The notes beneath the pieces are model-generated. The model did no database searches. It saw nothing but the letters and a program-made list of their open reading frames with translations, and was not told the origin of the DNA. A stretch of 6,032 nt of DNA, from NCBI GenBank assembly GCA_022560555.1, contig JADFSZ010000109.1, positions 1 to 6,032 on the forward strand, read 5' to 3'. This document shows positions 1-5,838 of this stretch, one piece after another. Position 1 is the stretch's first letter. Every line of letters begins with the position of its first letter. The position numbers were made by a program, and so were the translations under genes. The DNA comes from PVC group bacterium. Lineage in GTDB: Bacteria > GCA-001730085 > JADFSZ01.

Positions 1-233
1 CTGAGGATGAAGCCGCTGAATAAGGTGACCTTAATTTTGACGATAAAGGCTTCGTAAGGAGCAAAAAAATATAATTGGCTGTAGAGGGTTTTTGTTGGAC
101 GAAGAATAAAAGTTAATATCGTGTCCGAACTAAAAAACGTAAAAACCGAACACACAACAAGACTACCTGTGACCCATAAAAGTCTCGATCGCAACTCTTC
201 TAAATGTTCCAAGAATGTCAGGTTTTTTGACAT
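1..233 (-). CDS. tatC: Twin-arginine translocase subunit TatC, N-terminal part (gene continues beyond the left edge)
   Basis: Hand translation of the reverse strand from the ATG at 233..231 gives MSKNLTFLEHLEELRSRLLWVTGSLVVCSVFTFFSSDTILTFILRPTKTLYSQLYFFAPYEAFIVKIKVTLFSGFIL, open to position 1. The N-terminal HLxELRxRL motif followed by a hydrophobic helix is the TatC family signature. It lies 25 nt downstream of tatA on the same strand. It is absent from the supplied ORF track, probably because no stop codon falls inside the window. Confidence 0.8.
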   Translation of the reverse strand, partial: MSKNLTFLEHLEELRSRLLWVTGSLVVCSVFTFFSSDTILTFILRPTKTLYSQLYFFAPYEAFIVKIKVTLFSGFIL

Positions 234-258
234 ATTCAAGCAGGTGGAATCAAGGGTT

Positions 259-492
259 TTACTTTGATGAGTTATTGCTTTTATGATCCGGAGAGGATGG
301 TTGGGAGTCTTCAGAATCGTCTGATTCCTTCATGCCCTTTTTAAATGAATTAATGGATTTCCCAAGGGAGCGCATGAGTTCAGGAAGTTTCTTGGGGCCG
401 ACGATCAAGAGAATCACAACCAAAATAACGAGCCACTCGGCCGGACCGGGCATACCAAACATAAAAAGCTGAATGTGGGTAAGTAATGTCAT
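259..492 (-). CDS. tatA: Twin-arginine translocase subunit TatA/E family protein
   Basis: The 77-aa ORF contains MFGMPGPAEWLVILVVILLIVGPKKLPELMRSLGKSINSFKKGMKE: a short N-terminus, one TM helix, the G-P-K-K-L-P hinge and an amphipathic helix, followed by an acidic/Ser-rich tail. This is the typical TatA layout. The true start is probably the internal ATG at 462..460 (MFGMPG...), which gives the usual very short N-terminus. No clear SD precedes either start. Confidence 0.85.
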   Translation of the reverse strand: MTLLTHIQLFMFGMPGPAEWLVILVVILLIVGPKKLPELMRSLGKSINSFKKGMKESDDSEDSQPSSPDHKSNNSSK

Positions 493-521
493 AAAAATCG
501 CAAACCATGATTTAAGAACAA

Positions 522-550
522 ATTATAACATAGATTCATGCGCCCATCAA
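522..550 (-). promoter_or_regulatory. Candidate sigma70-type promoter for tatAC (-35 TTGATG, 17-nt spacer, extended -10 TGtTATAAT)
   Basis: The reverse strand reads ...TTGATGggcgcatgaatctaTGTTATAATttg... The -35 is at 550..545, TG at 530..529 and TATAAT at 527..522. The predicted TSS is near 515, upstream of both candidate tatA starts. This is a motif match only. Confidence 0.4.
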
Positions 551-948
551 CAGATGGAGTTACTCAACATATCTCAAATTCTTTGGTCATTATTCCCGCA
601 TAAGATTCCCGGTTCATAAACCTCCAAATCGCTTTTTTACTACGTTCAAGAGCTTGCTTTTGAGCTATTGTTTCCCTTCAGGAGCCGCATTTTTTACGGG
701 TTCTTGAACCGTTGGGTTCTCTTATTCGACAACCCATTCGTTAATAAGATCTTACAGAAAATTCCATATGAGTTTAGTAGGACTATTCGACTTGTATCTT
801 ATAGCAAATACAAGCCTTACAATAAATTTAACTATGGATGATAAAAAGGGATGAAAGCGTTTTCGAACCTAAAGTTATTGTTGTGTTTAACTTAATCGTA
901 ATTACTTTGAAAACAATACTTTAATCGCAAATTATTATACAATAAGGC

Positions 949-977
949 TTGACAGTATCTGCGCTGAAGAGTAAACT
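949..977 (+). promoter_or_regulatory. Candidate dcw/mraZ promoter (Pmra-like): -35 TTGACA, 17-nt spacer, -10 TAAACT
   Basis: TTGACA at 949..954 is a perfect -35. An exactly 17-nt spacer (955..971) separates it from TAAACT at 972..977, which keeps the T1, A2 and T6 positions. AT-rich UP-like sequence lies upstream. It is about 45 nt upstream of the mraZ ATG. Confidence 0.6.
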
Positions 978-986
978 CTGAATATT

Positions 987-1011
987 GTGGGTTAATGTGG
1001 TAAAGAGTGGA
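987..1011 (+). promoter_or_regulatory. Putative MraZ operator: three direct GTGGN repeats at exact 10-bp phasing
   Basis: GTGGG (987..991), GTGGT (997..1001) and GTGGA (1007..1011) are each separated by 5 nt. They sit between the -10 element and the mraZ start codon. The third repeat overlaps the GGAGGG Shine-Dalgarno at 1009..1014. This matches the published architecture of MraZ binding sites in E. coli (TGGGN repeats with 5-nt spacers at Pmra). Confidence 0.6.
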
Positions 1012-1022
1012 GGGATTCTTCT

Positions 1023-1466
1023 ATGTTTTACGGTGAATATAGCCATTCTTTAGACAAAAAAAATCGTGTCATCATTCCGTCGAAAATGCGGGATGCTTTA
1101 AAAGAGCAGTATGTGGAAAAATTGTATATGACCCGCGGATTAGAGCAGTGCCTTTTTGTGTTTCCGCAAGAGGAGTGGAATAGGCAAGAAACAAAGTTTA
1201 AGAACATTTCATTTACCCATCCCGACGCCCGAAAGTTTAACCGCCTATTTTTTTCCGGAGCCTTTGAAACCGTGTTTGATATCCAAGGGCGAATTTTGAT
1301 TCCTCAGTACTTAAAAGAGTTTGCCCGGATTGATAAAGACATTATGATTATCGGAGTATCAAACCGATTTGAAATATGGTCGAGTGAAAACTGGAAATCT
1401 TTTTACAAAAATTCCATTAATTCATTTGAAGACATTGCTGAGAAACTATTGAATTTAGAAGAATAA
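1023..1466 (+). CDS. mraZ: Transcriptional regulator MraZ (two SpoVT/AbrB-like half domains)
   Basis: The 147-aa ORF starts MFYGEYSHSLDKKNRVIIPSKMR and has a second copy, FDIQGRILIPQYLKEFA. Both DXXXR motifs (D11-R15, D86-R90) and the typical ~150-aa length are present. GGAGGG SD lies 8 nt upstream. It is the first gene of a dcw cluster, followed by rsmH. Confidence 0.95.
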   Translation: MFYGEYSHSLDKKNRVIIPSKMRDALKEQYVEKLYMTRGLEQCLFVFPQEEWNRQETKFKNISFTHPDARKFNRLFFSGAFETVFDIQGRILIPQYLKEFARIDKDIMIIGVSNRFEIWSSENWKSFYKNSINSFEDIAEKLLNLEE

Positions 1467-1494
1467 GAAATAAAACCTACAAGAAAGGAGGCCT

Positions 1495-1710
1495 ATGGAA
1501 ACAAACGCCAACAATCATCAAGTTCCTAGAAACTCGCACATTCGTGATCGGAAATTGTCCAGTATTGATACTGAAATTTCTTCGGAGCGACTAAGGAAAA
1601 TGCGCGGACTCAATAGCCGTGGTGTCGGCTTGGGATTTGACTCATCCTACTGGCGCAGGATGACGCGCGAACAATTGATTAAAACATACGGATTTAACGA
1701 ATCTCGCTAG
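1495..1710 (+). CDS. Hypothetical small basic protein (71 aa) inserted between mraZ and rsmH; no family recognised
   Basis: The ORF exactly fills the mraZ-rsmH gap. AAAGGAGG (1484..1491) lies 3 nt before the ATG. Its TAG stop (1708..1710) is 1 nt from the rsmH ATG (TAGaATG), and rsmH has no SD of its own, which suggests termination-reinitiation coupling. The protein is Arg/Lys-rich with no hydrophobic segment: METNANNHQVPRNSHIRDRKLSSIDTEISSERLRKMRGLNSRGVGLGFDSSYWRRMTREQLIKTYGFNESR. Confidence 0.55.
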   Translation: METNANNHQVPRNSHIRDRKLSSIDTEISSERLRKMRGLNSRGVGLGFDSSYWRRMTREQLIKTYGFNESR

Positions 1711-1711
1711 A

Positions 1712-2617
1712 ATGGCATGTTCCGCTCGACATGACCCTGTGATGGTTTCTGAAGTAATGGATGCCTTAGGAATTGTCTCAGGCATGGTTGTTGTTGATCT
1801 GACGGTGGGGTTAGGGGGACATGCGCGTGAGATGTTTAATCATCTCGGGGGAAATGGGATTTTGGTAGGATTCGATCAAGACCATGAGGCGATAAAAATA
1901 GCAAAATCAAAATTTACCGATGAGGAAAATAAACAGATTCAATGGGTGCACGCAAATTTTCGAGATACTGAGTGTGTTCAAAACATTGTTAAAAACAAAA
2001 GGATAGACGCCTGCCTTATGGATCTGGGGGTCTCCTCCTTTCAGTTGGATGTTCCTCGGCGCGGTTTTAGTTTTCAAGGGACAGGGGTGCTTGATATGAG
2101 AATGAATTCCGAAAATTGTGTTACAGCGAAAGATATACTAGATGGTTTTAGTGAACATGATTTAGCGGATGTGTTTTATCTTTATGGACAAGAACGTAAA
2201 TCGCGCGCCATCGCGCGCTCTATAGCAAGAAAACGTCGTGCAAAGAAGGATATAACAGCTCAAGATCTTGCTCAATCGGCGTCATATGCCTATCGGAAGA
2301 TGACAAGGCGGCGTATTCATCCGGCTACGAAAATATTCCAGGCTTTACGCATTCTTGTAAATGATGAGCTGAATGCTTTAGCCGACGCGTTGCCGTTATG
2401 GTGTTCAAGCTTAAAGCCCGGCGGCCGAATGTGTGTGATCTCATATCATTCTCTTGAGGATGGCTTAGTCAAAAATGTTTTTCGAACGCTTACTAAAGAA
2501 AAAAGGCTGCGTCTTGTTTGCAAAAAGCCACTCGTACCTTCCGAGGAAGAAGTTTTTAAAAATCCGAGATCCAGAAGCGCGAAATTGAGAATTGTGGAGA
2601 GTTGTACACATGATTAG
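1712..2617 (+). CDS. rsmH: 16S rRNA (cytosine1402-N4)-methyltransferase RsmH (MraW)
   Basis: The 301-aa ORF carries the family hallmarks: H-x-PV-x-x-x-EV near the N-terminus (HDPVMVSEV), SAM motif DLTVGLGGHA, DLGVSSFQLD, ISYHSLEDGLVK and the C-terminal NPRSRSAKLR. It sits in the canonical position after mraZ. Confidence 0.95.
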   Translation: MACSARHDPVMVSEVMDALGIVSGMVVVDLTVGLGGHAREMFNHLGGNGILVGFDQDHEAIKIAKSKFTDEENKQIQWVHANFRDTECVQNIVKNKRIDACLMDLGVSSFQLDVPRRGFSFQGTGVLDMRMNSENCVTAKDILDGFSEHDLADVFYLYGQERKSRAIARSIARKRRAKKDITAQDLAQSASYAYRKMTRRRIHPATKIFQALRILVNDELNALADALPLWCSSLKPGGRMCVISYHSLEDGLVKNVFRTLTKEKRLRLVCKKPLVPSEEEVFKNPRSRSAKLRIVESCTHD

Positions 2618-3020
2618 AAAAATAATATTGATATTAGGGATATTCGGCGTCCTTTTTTTCTATACGTATGAGCAGATTCAAATCCTGCGTATGGGGTATG
2701 CTATCACTGAGAAGGAAAAAAAATTGCGTGATTTACGACAAGAAAATATGGAACTTCTGATTAAAAACTCCAGATTAAAATCTCCGAAAAGGATTGAGAC
2801 AATTTCGAAGGAAAAGCTTGGTCTTGTTGCCGCAAAAAAAGTTAAAATTGTCTATTTGTCCGCACCTAAAAAAGAGCTTAGCTCTCCCAAGTCTTCATAT
2901 GAATTATCCCTGCCAAGCCAAACCCGGATATCAAAAACCAAGCATTTCATTAGCCGCATTCTAGAGAATATTTTTTTTGGAGGGCAAAATGAAGTGGAAG
3001 CGGAAATTGTCATCCAATAA
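2610..3020 (+). CDS. ftsL: Cell division protein FtsL-like (bitopic membrane protein with coiled coil)
   Basis: It occupies the canonical slot between rsmH and ftsI. From the ATG at 2610 it reads MIRKIILILGIFGVLFFYTYEQI (N-terminal TM helix), then a leucine-rich coiled-coil segment (KEKKLRDLRQENMELLIKNSRL) and SPKRIETISKEKLGL, which resembles the conserved FtsL C-proximal motif. GGAGAG lies 8 nt upstream. The start overlaps the rsmH stop by 8 nt (ATGATTAG). The track start at 2592 is a TTG and looks less likely. Confidence 0.75.
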   Translation: MIRKIILILGIFGVLFFYTYEQIQILRMGYAITEKEKKLRDLRQENMELLIKNSRLKSPKRIETISKEKLGLVAAKKVKIVYLSAPKKELSSPKSSYELSLPSQTRISKTKHFISRILENIFFGGQNEVEAEIVIQ

Positions 3021-3024
3021 TCGG

Positions 3025-3038
3025 GCGTTCCGGAACGC
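3025..3038. repeat. Perfect 14-bp palindrome GCGTTCCGGAACGC in the ftsL-ftsI spacer (function unknown; possible weak intra-operon hairpin)
   Basis: Read directly: GCGTTCC/GGAACGC is self-complementary. It begins 5 nt after the ftsL stop. It is followed by gctcttgatttt, a weak and displaced T-tract, and then an AAGGAG (3051..3056) with no start codon at SD distance. Confidence 0.5.
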
Positions 3039-3089
3039 GCTCTTGATTTTAAGGAGTCACGGGCCCCTAAAAGCTGGGATGAAAATCGC

Positions 3090-4835
3090 ATGGGTAAATC
3101 TAAAAAGATCAGTAAGGTTCGCTTAGCTTTTGTTGTTCTTCTGTTAAGCATGTCTTATGGTTATACGATTACACGCTTGTTTTCCCTCCAGCTGGTATCT
3201 GCCGACATACTGCAGAAGTATGCTGAAGACCAATACATCATGAGGTTTGAAATGGCTCCCAGAAGAGGGCGTGTGTGTGATGTTCGCGGGAGGGAATTGG
3301 CCGTTAGTATGAAGGTTCCTTCTGTTTTTGCCAATCCATATGAAATCGAAAATCCTGTTGAAGTAAGCGCGCGATTAAATCGTATTTTGAATGTAAATCA
3401 AGATACAATTTTAAAGCGACTCAATCGCAAGAAATATTTTGTTTGGATAAAAAGGAAAATATCAAACGAAGAATTCCAAATGATTGAAGCGGCCGAAATT
3501 CCCGGGATTCATTTTATTAAGGAAAGTAAAAGATTCTATCCTCAGGGAGAGCTGGCTTCGCATGTTCTTGGATTCGTTAATATCGATAATGTCGGACAAG
3601 AAGGCATTGAGAGGACATTTGAGAACTATCTTCTTGGTGAGGCAGGTTATCGTAAGACGCAAAAAGACGCAAAAAAGCGCGAATTGTTTTCATTTTCGGA
3701 TATCAACACATCCGTGCGCGACGGTGATACGGTCTATCTCACAATTGACACGACTATCCAGTATATTGCGGAAAGAGAAGTAGATAAAGTTTTTAAGAAA
3801 TATCATCCCGAAAGTGTATCGATTGTCGTGATGGATCCTCATACAGGTGCCATTTTAGCTTTGGCAAATCGCCCCACGTTTGATCCCAACCAATACGGAA
3901 AAGTTGATGGGGATAAAAGACGTAATCGTGTCATAACGGATATCTATGAGCCCGGCTCTACCTTTAAGGTTATTGCCGCGTCCGCGGCTTTAGAAGAAAA
4001 ATTATTTTTAAGAGATGAAAAAATATATTGCGAAAACGGGGAATATAAAATGTCCGGAAGACGCATGCCGCTGCATGATTATCATTCCTATGGCTGGCTT
4101 TCGTTTGATGATGTTATAAAGAAATCAAGCAATATTGGAACCGTGAAAATCGCGCAAAGGTTAGGGAGCGAAAAGCTCCATGAATATATCCGACGGTTTG
4201 GTTTTGGGGCTCGTACGAACATTAATCTTCCTGGAGAACAATTCGGTATTTTCCATCCCTTGAACAAATGGACTCGAAGTTCGATGTCGGCTGTGCCGAT
4301 CGGGCAAGAAATTGCCGCGACTTCATTACAAATGGTTAGAGCCTTTTCTGTCTTTGCGAATGGGGGGTGGCTCGTTGAACCTCAGATTTGCTCCCGTATT
4401 GAAAATGTCGAAGGAGTTGTGATTAAAACCATGGATATGAATAAAAGAGAGCGTATTTTATCCTCCGAGACATGTAGAGATATGAGAGAGATTCTCCAAA
4501 AAGTTGTGTCGCGTGACGGAACGGCCTATCGTGCAGCCCTCGATAATTTCTCGGCAGCCGGAAAAACAGGCACAGCGCAAAAAGCTGATCTGGTCCGGGG
4601 CGGTTATGCCGAAAATAAGTACGTGGCGTCTTTTATCGGATTTGCTCCGGCGGATGATCCCTCTATCACGATTCTTGTTACAGTGAATGAACCGCCTTGG
4701 CGGGTGCGTTTTGGCGGTACGATCGCGGCTCCTGTGTTTAAAAACGTTGCCGAGGATGTCCTAAGATATATGGAGTCCAACGGAAGGATGTATGGAAAAA
4801 ATCATAGAAAAGATAATCAGGGAAATCAAAGTTAG
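3090..4835 (+). CDS. ftsI: Peptidoglycan D,D-transpeptidase FtsI / penicillin-binding protein 3 family (class B PBP)
   Basis: The 581-aa ORF has an N-terminal membrane anchor (RLAFVVLLLSMSYGYTI) and a PBP dimerisation-type N-domain. All three transpeptidase motifs are present: SxxK as STFK (nt 3957..3968, Ser290), SxN as SSN (KKSSNIGT) and KTG as KTGTA. It sits between ftsL and murE as in canonical dcw clusters. Confidence 0.93.
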   Translation: MGKSKKISKVRLAFVVLLLSMSYGYTITRLFSLQLVSADILQKYAEDQYIMRFEMAPRRGRVCDVRGRELAVSMKVPSVFANPYEIENPVEVSARLNRILNVNQDTILKRLNRKKYFVWIKRKISNEEFQMIEAAEIPGIHFIKESKRFYPQGELASHVLGFVNIDNVGQEGIERTFENYLLGEAGYRKTQKDAKKRELFSFSDINTSVRDGDTVYLTIDTTIQYIAEREVDKVFKKYHPESVSIVVMDPHTGAILALANRPTFDPNQYGKVDGDKRRNRVITDIYEPGSTFKVIAASAALEEKLFLRDEKIYCENGEYKMSGRRMPLHDYHSYGWLSFDDVIKKSSNIGTVKIAQRLGSEKLHEYIRRFGFGARTNINLPGEQFGIFHPLNKWTRSSMSAVPIGQEIAATSLQMVRAFSVFANGGWLVEPQICSRIENVEGVVIKTMDMNKRERILSSETCRDMREILQKVVSRDGTAYRAALDNFSAAGKTGTAQKADLVRGGYAENKYVASFIGFAPADDPSITILVTVNEPPWRVRFGGTIAAPVFKNVAEDVLRYMESNGRMYGKNHRKDNQGNQS

Positions 4836-5184
4836 CGGTATCAGTTTGGATTCCAGGAAAATTGGCGAAAACTTCGTGTTTATCGCCATTCCGGGAACCA
4901 CAACGGATGGCCGACTTTATATCGAAGAAGCCATAGAGCGAAAAGCCTCTGTTATTGTGACGGAAGAGAAAACGTTTTTGCCGGGGAGCATCCGGCATTT
5001 TATTGTTCCGGATACTCGTTTATTCGCAAGCTTATTGGCAGAAGCGTTTTATGGATACCCTTCTCAAAAAATAAAATTGATTGGTGTTACTGGCACAAAC
5101 GGAAAGACAACCGTTGCCTATCTGGTACGCTCCTGTATCCAGAAGGCAGGCCAGAAGTGCGGCCCGGAATTGCCACTGGTTTAA
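4792..5184 (+). CDS. murE: MurE (UDP-N-acetylmuramoyl-L-alanyl-D-glutamate--diamino acid ligase), N-terminal ~124 codons only; truncated at the composition breakpoint
   Basis: The sequence has ISLDSRKIGENFVFIAIPGTTTDGRLYIEEAIERKASVIV (Mur ligase N-domain, DSR motif) and the P-loop LIGVTGTNGKTT. GGAAGG SD lies 5 nt upstream, and the start overlaps the ftsI end by 44 nt. Mur-ligase-like sequence runs to about ...AGQKCG (codon 124, nt ~5163). The last 6 codons (PELPLV) and the stop come from GC-rich foreign sequence. A full MurE is about 480-500 aa. Confidence 0.85.
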   Translation: MEKIIEKIIREIKVSGISLDSRKIGENFVFIAIPGTTTDGRLYIEEAIERKASVIVTEEKTFLPGSIRHFIVPDTRLFASLLAEAFYGYPSQKIKLIGVTGTNGKTTVAYLVRSCIQKAGQKCGPELPLV

Positions 5185-5838
5185 CCCAGCCAGCCGTGCC
5201 GGAAGCCGGCTCATATAGACTGTCGCCGCGCCTGTGTCGGAGCGCTCAAGCGCAAGATCGACCGCCAGGCCCAACAGGCTGATCTCCACGGGAAAACGCT
5301 GCAAAGCTGCATCGACCGTTGCAACTGCTGCGGGGTGGTAATCTGCACCACTGGCAAATTGCGTGATCACCAGTGATCTGTACAGGGACGGCGAAGGACG
5401 CTCGCTGTTACTGATCGCCTGTTCATAGTCGCCGGCAGAGGCCGCCGGGTCTCCAAGCTTCCACCAGGCGGCCACCCGGTACCGATGCGCCCCTGCATGG
5501 CTGGGATGGGCGGCAAGAAAGCGTGACAGCAGGGTTTTTCCATCGTGCCACTGGCCCGCTTCCACCCTCATCCGGCCTTCAAACCAGTCAATCAGTGCGT
5601 GACCAGGATCCAGCGACCGGACTTGATGAAAATCCAGGCTGGCGTTTTCCCACTGGCCATGGCGCCGGTACAAATCACCGCGTTTGAGGTAGAGCTCCGG
5701 GTTTGACCCCCGGTCAAGTTCGATTTGCAGGGTCAAGCTATCGATCTGGAGAAGCAGGTCAGGATGTGCCGCGAGCTGCCCGCTCATCAACAGGCCTGCC
5801 AGCAACACACAGGTGCATTTCAATCGCGGTCTTGTCAT
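5032..5838 (-). CDS. Secreted TPR-like repeat protein, 3'-truncated; only ~5164..5838 is authentic, the rest is read-through into antisense murE
   Basis: The N-terminus MTRPRLKCTCVLLAGLLMSGQLAA/HPD looks like a Sec signal peptide. It is followed by helical repeat units with TPR-like spacing (NPELYLKRGDLYRRHGQWENASLDFHQVRSLDP; AGAHRYRVAAWWKLGDPAASAGDYEQAI). GC-rich third positions fit the right-arm composition. The C-terminal ~43 aa (…GAYQIGNGCLSVCASNTNQFYFLRRVSIKRFCQ) are encoded antisense to the murE P-loop region and are not genuine. Confidence 0.7.
   Translation of the reverse strand: MTRPRLKCTCVLLAGLLMSGQLAAHPDLLLQIDSLTLQIELDRGSNPELYLKRGDLYRRHGQWENASLDFHQVRSLDPGHALIDWFEGRMRVEAGQWHDGKTLLSRFLAAHPSHAGAHRYRVAAWWKLGDPAASAGDYEQAISNSERPSPSLYRSLVITQFASGADYHPAAVATVDAALQRFPVEISLLGLAVDLALERSDTGAATVYMSRLPARLAGLNQWQFRAALLACLLDTGAYQIGNGCLSVCASNTNQFYFLRRVSIKRFCQ
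5139..5166. other. Composition/gene-continuity breakpoint (junction of two unrelated sequences)
   Basis: Hand-counted 60-nt lines give about 37-48% GC to the left and about 62-70% GC to the right. murE homology ends near 5163. The convergent minus-strand TPR ORF loses protein-like sequence at the same place. A 7-bp direct repeat CCAGAAG (5139..5145 and 5151..5157) sits at the junction. Confidence 0.8.

Noticed and set aside
1056-1063. Homopolymer runs inside genes as possible phase-variation switches: A8 at 1056..1063 in mraZ, A8 at 2716..2723 and T8 at 2971..2978 in ftsL
   Set aside because: Runs of this length are expected in AT-rich coding sequence rich in Lys and Phe codons. All are currently in frame, and these are housekeeping genes rather than contingency loci.
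2592-2609. TTG start at 2592 for ftsL, as given in the ORF track (MWRVVH...)
   Set aside because: The ATG at 2610 has a GGAGAG SD at proper spacing and places the TM helix right at the N-terminus. The TTG start has no SD and lies deeper inside rsmH.
3018-3092. ftsL and ftsI are in the same reading frame, separated by one TAA and 23 sense codons, so stop read-through could give an FtsL-FtsI fusion
   Set aside because: The same frame is a 1-in-3 chance, and 23 open codons is not statistically unusual. There is no read-through context or selenocysteine/pyrrolysine signal.
2852-3151. 99-aa minus-strand ORF overlapping the ftsL 3' end and the ftsI 5' end
   Set aside because: It is entirely antisense to two well-supported genes in a conserved operon. 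It has no recognisable motif, and its sequence is low-complexity and junk-like. It is a typical shadow ORF.
3462-3783. Two ORFs inside ftsI: 3462..3662 on the minus strand (66 aa) and 3484..3783 on the plus strand, out of frame (99 aa)
   Set aside because: Both are fully nested in the ftsI coding region, whose frame carries the PBP motifs. Neither has SD or motif support.
4504-4686. 60-aa plus-strand out-of-frame ORF inside ftsI
   Set aside because: It is nested within the KTG-motif region of ftsI in another frame. It is a chance open frame.
4792-4835. 44-nt overlap between the ftsI 3' end and the murE 5' end as a possible annotation error or frameshift
   Set aside because: The murE N-terminus from 4792 has a good SD (GGAAGG) and a family-typical length before the DSR motif. 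The ftsI tail is a plausible unstructured extension. Overlaps of this size occur in compact operons, and no frameshift is needed.
4738-4998. 86-aa minus-strand ORF antisense to the ftsI/murE junction
   Set aside because: It is antisense to two confident genes and has no supporting signals.
5032-5163. C-terminal ~43 aa of the 268-aa minus-strand ORF, as though the TPR protein really extended to 5032
   Set aside because: This part is encoded antisense to the murE GTNGKTT region in AT-rich DNA. It is read-through past the junction, not genuine protein sequence.
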